Shown: positions 27,343 to 36,876 of the stretch, one piece after another | Layout: every line of letters begins with the position of its first letter | Position numbering within the stretch: the stretch's first letter is position 1 | Source: an uncultured virus (IMG/VR IMGVR_UViG_2061766007_001347) | Taxonomy: Duplodnaviria; Heunggongvirae; Uroviricota; Caudoviricetes | DNA: 64,000 bases | Virus record (IMG/VR): IMGVR_UViG_2061766007_001347 | Reading direction: 5' to 3' (one strand) | The notes under the pieces: model-generated | Told to the model about the DNA's origin: nothing | Seen by the model: the letters and a program-made list of their open reading frames with translations, nothing else | Databases searched by the model: none | Program-made: the position numbers and the translations under genes

Positions 27343-29340
27343 CTATTTAGCTTTATATGTGCTATAGTTGCCTTTGTCGCCAAACACTCGAGTCTCAAAC
27401 TCTTTCTGTCTACCAGAAGACCAATTTCGAACAGCTGTAAGATATCCAATGATGCGTGTGTAGAAAATTAGTCTATCGCTTCCGCATTCTGGGCAAGTAT
27501 GAATCGGTGAACTAACGATCTTACCACATTCCATACATTCAGTCATTGGAACATTAAACGTTAAATAGCTACACCCTTGTTCTGCTGCGTAATTTAATAG
27601 ATGCTCATATTGCTTTGAAGTTAGATGAGCATCCAAGTTCAAATGGCAAGCTGAACCACCGTCAAGATAGTCTCCAATGTAGTCTCTTCCGTGAAGTTTG
27701 ATTTTATCCAACACTGATAATGATGGGTCGTTTGGTTTGAATACATAGCTTGCATAAAGATTAGTATCTGACGGAACCCAGTAGCCATCATCTGAATCCC
27801 ATTTATAGTTCTTAATAGCGAGCGATTCTGCTGGGACTTGTTCTGTATTGAAGATTAGATGATGTTTCCCTGACTTGTCTTTGTGAGCTTCATTCTGTTC
27901 TTTAAAGAATGAGAATATCTCCTGACAGAACTTAGCATATTTGTCATTTACATTGCAGTCAATACCAAGAAATTCTGCAGCCTGATTCAACCCATTCAAA
28001 CCAATAGTGAGATACTGCTTATTGAGATCAATGAATCCGGCTTTGTACGCTGGTAATAAATTTGCATCATACATATCCCAAAGAAGTTCATTATATGCAT
28101 GATGATATTTATAGACACGTTCAAGAAGCTTAAGAATGTACTTCTTTAATGAAGGGTAATGCGACTCATTGAATTCAAAACTTTCAACATCTTTCTTATC
28201 ACATTCTTTTCTGTACCACATCTGAACTAAACGTGAAAGATTGAATGTGATTACTGATTTGCTTCCTGTCTGAATTCCAATATTTCCATTTGTGAAGTTG
28301 AACTCTTTTGTCTGTAGCTTGTTTTTCAAACGACAGCAAGAGCTTAATGAATCTACAGTATCTGAAATGTACGTAAAGAATGAATGGCCTCTTGCATATT
28401 CGTCATAAACGAATTTAGCCATTTCTTCATCTTGGAACTTACCGTCTTTATATAGCAAAGTAACTGTCTCAACTGGGAATGTAAGAACAGTCTTAAGACG
28501 TTCTGCATTAAACCATTTCATAAACTCCATCTGAGTCCACTTCAACGATTCCCAATCTGGCTTTGTTCCGTCTGGAAAATAGAATTCTCCAAACATCCCT
28601 TCAAAGAATGGCTTATCGAAGTATGAGAAGTTAACAAATGCTGATTGAAAGCCACGGGCCGCAGCTGGTTGATTTATCGTATAAATGATTTGCTGCCAAT
28701 ACTGATGAATCTCATCAAGAATTGTTCTCTTTTTGCCGTCGAATGTAGTTTCAACAAGCTCATCAGCTCTTTTATAGAAATCTGGGCCCCATTCTTTCTT
28801 ACAAAAGTAAGCAAAGTACATTAAAGCTTCACTAACTGCAACAGCTCCAGCGAACTGAGAACTTATTGCAAAGATCATGTTGCAGAATATGCCACAGAAT
28901 GACTTCAGATTCTTTGGAGATGCACTTAATCCACCAAGGCCTTTGATTCCATCCATTAAGAATGGATACATTGTTACAGAGACGCAGTAGGGTGATATAG
29001 CTCCAGCAAATGAAGATTCATCATTTTTGTAGATGACGTGATCCTCAAGATCTCTCATATATCGTTTAGAGTTAAATTCTGGATAAAGCTCTTTTAGTTT
29101 ATCCATGATCATTGCTCTAGAGATTCTTATGTTGTCAGGCTTGTGAATCTCTGCATTTAGAATTGCGATATTCTTATTAGCTACGTTGCTATTGTCATCG
29201 ATTGTGCTATTTGCTGTATTTGCTGATTTCTTATATTTGTTTATAAATGCAATTTTGTTTTCTACGAAACTGTCCTTTATCTCTAGTTCATCGTTATTAA
29301 AGCTGTCATCAGAAAGTAGATCAAATTTCTCGTCAGGCAT
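27343..29340 (-). CDS. nrdD: anaerobic (class III) ribonucleoside-triphosphate reductase, no ATP cone
   Basis: PYCV, LTFPVET, SSCCRL, EQVPAESL, CxxC...CPxC, RIIGYL glycyl-radical motif. Confidence 0.95.
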   Translation of the reverse strand: MPDEKFDLLSDDSFNNDELEIKDSFVENKIAFINKYKKSANTANSTIDDNSNVANKNIAILNAEIHKPDNIRISRAMIMDKLKELYPEFNSKRYMRDLEDHVIYKNDESSFAGAISPYCVSVTMYPFLMDGIKGLGGLSASPKNLKSFCGIFCNMIFAISSQFAGAVAVSEALMYFAYFCKKEWGPDFYKRADELVETTFDGKKRTILDEIHQYWQQIIYTINQPAAARGFQSAFVNFSYFDKPFFEGMFGEFYFPDGTKPDWESLKWTQMEFMKWFNAERLKTVLTFPVETVTLLYKDGKFQDEEMAKFVYDEYARGHSFFTYISDTVDSLSSCCRLKNKLQTKEFNFTNGNIGIQTGSKSVITFNLSRLVQMWYRKECDKKDVESFEFNESHYPSLKKYILKLLERVYKYHHAYNELLWDMYDANLLPAYKAGFIDLNKQYLTIGLNGLNQAAEFLGIDCNVNDKYAKFCQEIFSFFKEQNEAHKDKSGKHHLIFNTEQVPAESLAIKNYKWDSDDGYWVPSDTNLYASYVFKPNDPSLSVLDKIKLHGRDYIGDYLDGGSACHLNLDAHLTSKQYEHLLNYAAEQGCSYLTFNVPMTECMECGKIVSSPIHTCPECGSDRLIFYTRIIGYLTAVRNWSSGRQKEFETRVFGDKGNYSTYKAK

Positions 29341-29369
29341 AATACAAAATTAACTCCACACTTACCATA

Positions 29370-29666
29370 TCAGATTTGACGTGTTCTTTTGCGTCGATGC
29401 TTCACCTGTCTTTCTTCTTGTTTTGGCTTTACTATTATCTCATCACGATAAGGCTGCAGTCTTTTATGATCTATTGAAATTAAATGGTCACAATTTGGAT
29501 TCAATTCATAAATCCCATACCATTCAATCTTTGGATCGTTTAGCTCCTCAGCGTATTGCAAAGCTTCTTCTTTTGTAAAAAAGTCTTTGTGATAGTTAGT
29601 GTTTCCATTACGAAGACACATAAAGCGAAAAACACTTGGATCTTCAGACGGTTTTCTTCTAGCCAT
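29370..29666 (-). CDS. hypothetical protein
   Basis: ORF track; likely start MARRK with GGAG RBS. Confidence 0.6.
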   Translation of the reverse strand: MARRKPSEDPSVFRFMCLRNGNTNYHKDFFTKEEALQYAEELNDPKIEWYGIYELNPNCDHLISIDHKRLQPYRDEIIVKPKQEERQVKHRRKRTRQI

Positions 29667-29740
29667 AGGTATATACTCCAAACATTAGTAATAACTTTGA
29701 TATATACATGAGGTATGACTGTAACTAACTTCATAAACGA

Positions 29741-29763
29741 ACAGGACCTATTACAGGTCCTGT
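29741..29763 (-). terminator. hairpin, probable terminator
   Basis: ACAGGACCT/AGGTCCTGT, then TCGTTT on the minus strand. Confidence 0.6.
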
Positions 29764-29789
29764 ATGGTTTAATGTTTTACATCCTAGTG

Positions 29790-30377
29790 CTAGTTACCTT
29801 CACCAACATCTTCTTCAGAGAACCCACTATTAAATGGATCATAGTTGTAGGTTTTCTTTGAGTATGTGTAATCACCAAGATCAGAAATCCAATGATAGTT
29901 TTCGTATAACTCGTTGCGCATAACATCGCTACCGTTCTTTACACCAGTTACATATTGATCACATATTAAGTAGAAGCTATGTCCATAGCGTGTGTACTTA
30001 AATGCATTATAGGTGTCTGTTCCATTTGTAACAGTCCCTATCTCAACCATGTCAATAGTATCACCCGTATCATGATCAATTTCACACGTTGTATAATGGA
30101 AGTGGTTTGCTATTATGTCATGATCTGAGTTATTTTTTACAGCTACAAATGTATTACCATCCACTATAATAGGAACCATCTCTATATCAGTTGTCATTGA
30201 AGCAAATTCATCTGGCTCGCCATCTTCGTAACTTACACAATGTCTATTACAAATATAGAGAGTATTGTCACGCCATCTTATACGACTCTCACCAGATGCT
30301 TTATGATTATATAATACAACAGTTGCTCCGCTCTGTAATGTAAGCGGTGGGTCTGGTGGAGTAAAGCTATCAATCAT
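29790..30377 (-). CDS. hypothetical protein; possibly a readthrough extension of 30432..31169
   Basis: Same frame as the upstream ORF, separated only by one TGA and 18 sense codons. Confidence 0.6.
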   Translation of the reverse strand: MIDSFTPPDPPLTLQSGATVVLYNHKASGESRIRWRDNTLYICNRHCVSYEDGEPDEFASMTTDIEMVPIIVDGNTFVAVKNNSDHDIIANHFHYTTCEIDHDTGDTIDMVEIGTVTNGTDTYNAFKYTRYGHSFYLICDQYVTGVKNGSDVMRNELYENYHWISDLGDYTYSKKTYNYDPFNSGFSEEDVGEGN

Positions 30378-30431
30378 GTAACCTATATACCAATCAGGGA
30401 AAGGGCAGATATCACTAGGATCGTCGGTTAG

Positions 30432-31169
30432 TCAGGCTAATTCTACTGTAACTAAGATGTTTACTTTATCAATGTCTTCATCATTAACTGTTAAAGAGTA
30501 TTTGCCATCACTAGCTATGAGAGTGTCATTGTCGCCATTATTAGTATTAAACTCAACCATGGTTACTTCATAGCCTTCTTCAGGAGTTACTGAGAATACG
30601 AATGTAGTTGTTCCATCATTATTGCTTGTAGCAGATTCTTGACTCACAGCATAGTGATCACCTGAAGGATAGCTTAAAGTAGGATCTTCAACTGTAACAT
30701 CAGTCCCAGAGTTTATCATCTGAGCTTCCATAGTTTCAAAATCAACATCATGGATTCTGTCTATAATTCTAGGGATAAACTTTGAATCTGGTACTCTTTT
30801 GGCCAAATCATTATATGGAGAATCATTGCCAAGGCACACATTGAATGATGCTAAAGTATCATCACTTGGGATAATAGTATCACATGACGTAACTGATTCA
30901 AATAAAATTGTTTCACCCTGTCTAATTCTAGCTACTATAGATTGAACTGGTACTGAGTTAACAAACGATAGCTGTGCTGTCGTAGATGCAATAATCCAGT
31001 GATTATCTGTTCTAACCGTTGCTGGGCCAGAGCAAACTAACTTTGTATTAACGTACACATCCATCGACAAACTTCTAGAACGTTTTAGTCTTGGGATAAA
31101 CTCTCTCATTGTAGAACATTCTACACCATCAATGGTTTTACTTAAAAGTACAGCATCATTTAATTTCAT
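30432..31169 (-). CDS. putative virion protein with C-terminal Ig-like/B-repeat-like domain
   Basis: TFVFSVTPEEGYEVTMV...YSLTV...VNILVT. Confidence 0.55.
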   Translation of the reverse strand: MKLNDAVLLSKTIDGVECSTMREFIPRLKRSRSLSMDVYVNTKLVCSGPATVRTDNHWIIASTTAQLSFVNSVPVQSIVARIRQGETILFESVTSCDTIIPSDDTLASFNVCLGNDSPYNDLAKRVPDSKFIPRIIDRIHDVDFETMEAQMINSGTDVTVEDPTLSYPSGDHYAVSQESATSNNDGTTTFVFSVTPEEGYEVTMVEFNTNNGDNDTLIASDGKYSLTVNDEDIDKVNILVTVELA

Positions 31170-31183
31170 TGTATGTATCTCCG

Positions 31184-31369
31184 TTATGAAACTTCTTCAA
31201 TTGATTTCTCAACTTTTAATATTCGATATTCTTTATCACTACTAGACTCAAGCTCTTCTAGCTTTTGCTTTGCTTCAGTAAAAGTAGAATATGAGCACAG
31301 AAATAAAAATGTGTCGTCTTCTTCGTCTTTCACCTCCACAGAGTAATAGATTCTATTCTGTGTATACAT
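31184..31369 (-). CDS. small hypothetical protein
   Basis: ORF track; likely start MYTQ. Confidence 0.55.
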   Translation of the reverse strand: MYTQNRIYYSVEVKDEEDDTFLFLCSYSTFTEAKQKLEELESSSDKEYRILKVEKSIEEVS

Positions 31370-31373
31370 TATC

Positions 31374-31592
31374 TTAATCCCGAACACAAGATATGTGATC
31401 ACATATGTAGGTGACGTATTTGTCAATAGACTTCTTATCAACACCATCTACGTGACTCTCAATAAATCTCTTGACTGGAGACTTTAGTAAATCTCGCTTA
31501 GTCAAGTGCGGATCACAGCCGTTCAGCTCAATTGTGAGATATGTTTCAAGGTCATACTTATTCAATACATAATACATGAACGGCTTCATCAT
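31374..31592 (-). CDS. small hypothetical protein
   Basis: ORF track. Confidence 0.55.
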   Translation of the reverse strand: MMKPFMYYVLNKYDLETYLTIELNGCDPHLTKRDLLKSPVKRFIESHVDGVDKKSIDKYVTYICDHISCVRD

Positions 31593-31595
31593 ATT

Positions 31596-32144
31596 TCACT
31601 CTCGGTAATGGCGGTAACAAACCGCTCTGTAGTTATCCCAACCAGGTTCTATGATCTCTCCAGATGAGTTTTGAGTGACTTTCTTATTGAGAGAAGCATG
31701 CTTACCACATACACTGCAGATAGTCTTTATCTCAATTAGCTCATCAGCCAACTCAAACAGTCTCTTTGAAGCTTCAAACAAATGAGTATTGAAATCTGTT
31801 CTAAGACCAAAGCATAAGACATCAATATCTCTATCTATTGTGATGTTACGAAGCTCATCTATTTGTTCAGATGTCAAAAACTGACATTCATCGACCAAAA
31901 CAACATCAGCTTCATTTATCTTATCACTATAGTCATAGAGACTGTCTTCTTTGTTTATAACTACATCAGCGAGTCGTGGCGGCACTTGAGCTCTGGTTTC
32001 AATTAGTTCACTTCTTGTATCTAGCGCTGGTTTAACTGTGCATACATGCCAACCAACTTCATCATAGTTGTGACAGATAGCAAGTAATTGCATTGTCTTA
32101 CTACTGTTCACACTCCCATAATAGTAAATAAGTTTTCCAGCCAT
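31596..32144 (-). CDS. tdk: thymidine kinase
   Basis: YGSVNSSKT, KPALDTR, VDECQF, FGLRTDF, KTICSVCG, VCYRHY. Confidence 0.93.
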   Translation of the reverse strand: MAGKLIYYYGSVNSSKTMQLLAICHNYDEVGWHVCTVKPALDTRSELIETRAQVPPRLADVVINKEDSLYDYSDKINEADVVLVDECQFLTSEQIDELRNITIDRDIDVLCFGLRTDFNTHLFEASKRLFELADELIEIKTICSVCGKHASLNKKVTQNSSGEIIEPGWDNYRAVCYRHYRE

Positions 32145-32157
32145 ACTAATCTCCAAA

Positions 32158-32589
32158 TTATAGCAATGAATTAAACCCAAACAAGTTACATAGATCACGC
32201 AGCTGAGACTGCTGATTCTTAGCAGCATTCACACGTCGTACTGATTCAGCTTTCTCATTCTCAATCTCACTTTCAATTGATTTCTTGCATGAAGCTACAT
32301 CGTTTGCTATAATATGGATAATGGCGATCTTCTGCCACTTTGCAAGGTTAGACTCGCATATGAGCGCGTCTATGTAGTTACTTTGCTTTCCTTTTGAGTC
32401 CCACTTATAGTAGTTAAATGCGACAGACAGTTCATCACAGCACTTTATAGCTTCTTCCTTACGATTCTCTATAATGTACTGAATAATAAACGCCTGATAG
32501 CAGTTTGGGTTTATCATGTTGAAAAGATCGTAGACTGTCTTATCATGACTAATTGGATGATTACTCATCATTAGATTCCTTCTACTCAT
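32158..32589 (-). CDS. hypothetical protein
   Basis: ORF track. Confidence 0.55.
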   Translation of the reverse strand: MSRRNLMMSNHPISHDKTVYDLFNMINPNCYQAFIIQYIIENRKEEAIKCCDELSVAFNYYKWDSKGKQSNYIDALICESNLAKWQKIAIIHIIANDVASCKKSIESEIENEKAESVRRVNAAKNQQSQLRDLCNLFGFNSLL

Positions 32590-32939
32590 TAGAATTTCGT
32601 TCGGCTAAGTTTTCTATAAGCTTTCTTGACATAAAAACGTAGAAGCCCCTTAGGGTCATAGTCTTCTTTTTCTCCTGTCTTCATATGATCTAAAGCATTC
32701 TGTTCAGTTAACCAGTAGCATCGAAAGTCTTTGTAGTCTGGATAGTCATTCTTAAATGAATTCACGATATGATCAAAGTTACGATTCAGCATGTGATCAA
32801 AGTTTGTCCCAGCTTTCACATTCATAAACCAATAGCTTAAGTACTCTTCAAACGAAACAATTTCGTTAAAGCCAAGATATTCATAGATTCTATCAAGGAT
32901 CTTTTTCTGTCTATCATTGCATAGGTTGTATCTGTCCAT
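32589..32939 (-). CDS. hypothetical protein
   Basis: ORF track; AGGAG RBS. Confidence 0.6.
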   Translation of the reverse strand: MDRYNLCNDRQKKILDRIYEYLGFNEIVSFEEYLSYWFMNVKAGTNFDHMLNRNFDHIVNSFKNDYPDYKDFRCYWLTEQNALDHMKTGEKEDYDPKGLLRFYVKKAYRKLSRTKF

Positions 32940-32967
32940 AACTAAACTTACTCCTAATACTAAAAAA

Positions 32968-32999
32968 GCACTACATATATTTGATATACATGTAGTGCT
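32968..32999 (-). promoter_or_regulatory. terminator hairpin with embedded TGTATATCAA box
   Basis: Minus strand AGCACTACAT-GTATATCAAATAT-ATGTAGTGCT-TTTTT. Confidence 0.7.
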
Positions 33000-33029
33000 A
33001 TTAAGGCTTAACTTAGCTTATGATGTGTG

Positions 33030-34238
33030 TTAGAATCCAATAACATACCCAAAACGATCAATCGCGTGTTTATCTTCTCTCACAGAGCCTTTGATATAGT
33101 CAGTAAGCAAGAACTTAAATTCACCACCATCATAAATGGTAGTTTCATCATCTACTGTAACAGAGTATCTTGGATTAAAGTTTAGAATTTCCCCAGCCCC
33201 TTCACCAGGAGTTGCTAGAAAATCATGTGCAATGTCATACTGACCAAAGTTAAACAGATTCTTATGAACTCTATAGAATGGCTCACCAGCATCTTTTATT
33301 ATTTCATGAGTTTCTGAATTTTCATGAGTATGTTTTGGTCTATAATAAATGGCAATTTGACGTGGTACGATGTTTTGATCAATCTTAAGTATTTCATTAA
33401 GATTTCGTGGATTCACTGTGGAAGTAATGATTAAATGATGTGGGAGGTCATTATCGTCCATATCTTCAAATAAAGTTTCATCTGGAGAAATTATTTCCCA
33501 ATAACGATCTCCATAGAAGAACTGATTAGCTCTACCAAAGTATGTAGTATGATCTTCAACACCAATGTCTTTTACAAAGTCTACGCTGCATTTAATAGCG
33601 CCAAGAAGTCCAACCGGCGCAGCTGGTATCACTCCGCTATTAAGATATAGAGTGTGATGTCTTAATGAATCACCTCGCAGATTAAGTTCAGCAAAGTACT
33701 GTGCAGCTGGACTATCATCATCTACTGAAGTGATTGGCGGCTGATTCTGTGCGAAAGGACTATTATTCCCAGCCTCAAACCAGTCATATGTAGTACCGTT
33801 TGAAACTACATAATAGTTCTGATAGTTATTTCTTGTAATAGCATGGCCCTCAGGCGCACCCTCAGTCTCACTTATTAGAGTATCATCATTTTCATAATGT
33901 TGCCATATACATGGGAATGGTGGCATTTGTGATTTTAATGCTTTAGCTATATCGCTGACTGGCACGCCATCATTTACCCATTGAATAGTTGGGTGGCCTT
34001 CATCATCAGTATCAGCTGTAGTGAACCACTGGTTTGCGTTAGAATCTGCAAACTGATTATTTGTAACTTCTGAATCAGCGATGATTTTAGTGTTATATGG
34101 AGCAATTGGGATTTCCTGCTGCTTATCCCATAAGTGATTGCCGATTCCAAATAGCATGTAAGTTTCACCATCTTCATCAAGAAGCTGTTTAAACAGTTTA
34201 GCTTTCAAATATCTGCCATAGTTAGTATAAATTGCCAT
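33030..34238 (-). CDS. putative baseplate/virion structural protein
   Basis: MAIYTNYGR...YMLFGIGN..W start resembles myovirus baseplate proteins; lies at the end of the tail module. Confidence 0.45.
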   Translation of the reverse strand: MAIYTNYGRYLKAKLFKQLLDEDGETYMLFGIGNHLWDKQQEIPIAPYNTKIIADSEVTNNQFADSNANQWFTTADTDDEGHPTIQWVNDGVPVSDIAKALKSQMPPFPCIWQHYENDDTLISETEGAPEGHAITRNNYQNYYVVSNGTTYDWFEAGNNSPFAQNQPPITSVDDDSPAAQYFAELNLRGDSLRHHTLYLNSGVIPAAPVGLLGAIKCSVDFVKDIGVEDHTTYFGRANQFFYGDRYWEIISPDETLFEDMDDNDLPHHLIITSTVNPRNLNEILKIDQNIVPRQIAIYYRPKHTHENSETHEIIKDAGEPFYRVHKNLFNFGQYDIAHDFLATPGEGAGEILNFNPRYSVTVDDETTIYDGGEFKFLLTDYIKGSVREDKHAIDRFGYVIGF

Positions 34239-34261
34239 AAGTGATTACCTCTACTATATAA

Positions 34262-36739
34262 TTATCTAAGACGTCTTGCCATAAATGTTAGCCCATACGA
34301 ACTACTAGAACTAGCTGGTGTTAGCACAACATATTTTTCATTCTGTCTTCGTTCATTTTCGTAAAATTTCTGCGCGTGTTCATTACTATCCCCATCCCCA
34401 CCGATAAAGTTATCTCTGCCTGACTGTATAACAGAGCCATCCATATTACATACTGACAATTTAAACTGAACACCCGGACGAGAACTTAAAGTAAAGTATA
34501 GTGAGTTTGTATTCTGTTCGAGATTTTCACTGTATAACGGTTCTATTACAGAATACATTGATACGAAATTAAATGTTTCAGTAGCATCTTCCTTGAATGT
34601 TATCTTCAAAAATGTTACATCACCAACTGAAACTTGATTGCCTAACCTATTATACGGCGCGCTAATCTGCTTAATATCACATGTTAGAGAATCTATATCC
34701 AGTGAAACATCATGTGTAAATTCAACAGGACCTCTAAATGATTTAGCGCCATACACACGCTGATTATATGAGCCGTCATAATTATATCTATCCCAACTAA
34801 CTCTGTATAAATCAACCTTACTATTATCATAGCCTGATGAAACGACATAATTAACTTTATGCAAATTCTCAAGCGTTTTTAAGTAAGTATTGTATAACCC
34901 TTCATATTCTTCATCATCATATGCAAGATCAATTACACTACTAAAATTACTTACCTGAGTATATAAACAAGCATCAATAGGGTGTATTACATGCTTTACT
35001 AGATAATCATCTCTATCATCTAAATTTAGCTCTCGTATATTACTCTTAGTAAGTACCCACGGAATATGGATTATACAGTCTTTTGGGACAAATGTTAACC
35101 AACTTGGGATATCATTGCTATATTCTTTTGTGTCATCTGAACGCAAATCAATAAGAATGTAATTTCTATATAACAAATACAGACTTTTTAACGATGTACA
35201 CCCATTGTAATCCTCGTATGTACGCACTGTTATGTGATAATTGTGATAGTCTTCTTCATCCTCACCATACTCTACTTGTATGTCTCCATTAAAGCATCTA
35301 ATATCTGGACAATGAACTAGACTAGTGCAATATTGAAACGCTTTACTAAGATATAATACACCCATTGGTGATACTGGCTTGATAGAAGTTAAGCTACTAC
35401 AATAGCTATATAGTCCATATATCTTAGTACAATTATTCCATTGACCAATATATGGGGCACTAGATAGTAGTGTACATGAGTAAAACATAAATGACAATTC
35501 ATTGTAGCTTATATCACTCTCTAGTCTAGAGTGTTTTGCAAATAATTCATAAGCATCATGCAACCCTATTGCTGTAGCCATTTCGTGACTATATGAAACT
35601 AAATCTGACAAACCACCAGGCGGTAATTCATCAGGATAATAAAATAATGGGGCCATCGACATAGCATCACCTGAGGCTGCTATCATGCACTCACTTGGAT
35701 TCCCAGTCATCTGTGTAAACTTAAATCTATTGAAGGTACCTTGAAGAGAGTATACGCATGCAAATTGAACGCTTATATTTGGTTGAAGCTCTATTTCTTC
35801 TGACTCAATCCATAATTCGTCAAAAGCCCCTACACTTGGTGTAAGATCATTAAAACGAACTTCTTCCCAAGTGTCGCTGTTACTCTTTTTATAAATAATA
35901 ATAGGAGTATCGTTTGGCTCATCAGCAATATAACGATGTGCTATTTTTATGGCTGTACCACCAGGCCCTGTTGTAAAAGTAAGAGGGTTATACATAGGAA
36001 GCTGATAATATACATCATGATTCATGTCATAATCATCATCTTCATACTCTTCTTCACTCTCTTCTTCACTATCTTCTTCATATTCAAGTTCTGAATTGCT
36101 TGACGTGTAGTAATGATTAAGTTTTATATATAAATACTCATTATTATCATCTATGAAGAATCTTCTATCACTGATGTCACCGTTTGATTTATTAGTTGGA
36201 TCAAACCCTGATGTAAAGCAGTAACATTCGAAAGAGCAATCTAGATCTACTTCATAAGTACTATATTTACCAGAATAAAGATTTGTATCGATTTGTTTAT
36301 TATTGTATTTAAGCTTATACTTTGCAAATAAAGTGCCTCTAAGTTCACGATCATATACAACCCACTTACCAGTAGTACTATCAACTGCGTACGGTCTAGG
36401 AAGTGGATCATCAAAATTGTATCTAAGTATGTAATTCGGTTCACCATCATAAAGGTTGATAATTTCTATATCACGGCGGTAAAAAATACTTAATTCATAT
36501 AGGTCATAAAGTCTATCACAATACAGCGCTGATTTTTTTAACGGCCCAAGTTTCCAGCAAAACAAAGCTGCACCATCAAAGTCTTCTACGTGCGATTCAA
36601 AGCCAAGATCGTTTGTCTTTAAAACCTCATCTAGTGTAAGTTTTCTAGTCTGTCCATAATAGACATTTCCAGAGGCTTCTATTGAAGGATATAGAATCCT
36701 AGCTAGCTTTTCATAGTCATCATTTCGATTTATTGTCAT
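34262..36739 (-). CDS. large protein with BspA-type/DUF285-like leucine-rich repeats
   Basis: MFYSCTLLSSAP, YSYCSSLTSI, AFQYCTSLVHCP, YNGCTSLKSL. Confidence 0.6.
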   Translation of the reverse strand: MTINRNDDYEKLARILYPSIEASGNVYYGQTRKLTLDEVLKTNDLGFESHVEDFDGAALFCWKLGPLKKSALYCDRLYDLYELSIFYRRDIEIINLYDGEPNYILRYNFDDPLPRPYAVDSTTGKWVVYDRELRGTLFAKYKLKYNNKQIDTNLYSGKYSTYEVDLDCSFECYCFTSGFDPTNKSNGDISDRRFFIDDNNEYLYIKLNHYYTSSNSELEYEEDSEEESEEEYEDDDYDMNHDVYYQLPMYNPLTFTTGPGGTAIKIAHRYIADEPNDTPIIIYKKSNSDTWEEVRFNDLTPSVGAFDELWIESEEIELQPNISVQFACVYSLQGTFNRFKFTQMTGNPSECMIAASGDAMSMAPLFYYPDELPPGGLSDLVSYSHEMATAIGLHDAYELFAKHSRLESDISYNELSFMFYSCTLLSSAPYIGQWNNCTKIYGLYSYCSSLTSIKPVSPMGVLYLSKAFQYCTSLVHCPDIRCFNGDIQVEYGEDEEDYHNYHITVRTYEDYNGCTSLKSLYLLYRNYILIDLRSDDTKEYSNDIPSWLTFVPKDCIIHIPWVLTKSNIRELNLDDRDDYLVKHVIHPIDACLYTQVSNFSSVIDLAYDDEEYEGLYNTYLKTLENLHKVNYVVSSGYDNSKVDLYRVSWDRYNYDGSYNQRVYGAKSFRGPVEFTHDVSLDIDSLTCDIKQISAPYNRLGNQVSVGDVTFLKITFKEDATETFNFVSMYSVIEPLYSENLEQNTNSLYFTLSSRPGVQFKLSVCNMDGSVIQSGRDNFIGGDGDSNEHAQKFYENERRQNEKYVVLTPASSSSSYGLTFMARRLR

Positions 36740-36842
36740 ATCTCTAATTACTCCTCTTAATTAAGAGAACTGTAATGCAAATTGCTATAGCAATTTGATA
36801 TACTTATACACTAGATGACAACTTGATTAAACGTAAATACAC

Positions 36843-36868
36843 ATAGACCGGCAAAGCTGCCGGTCTAT
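36843..36868 (-). terminator. hairpin, probable terminator
   Basis: ATAGACCGG/CCGGTCTAT. Confidence 0.65.
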
Positions 36869-36876
36869 TTAGTGTG

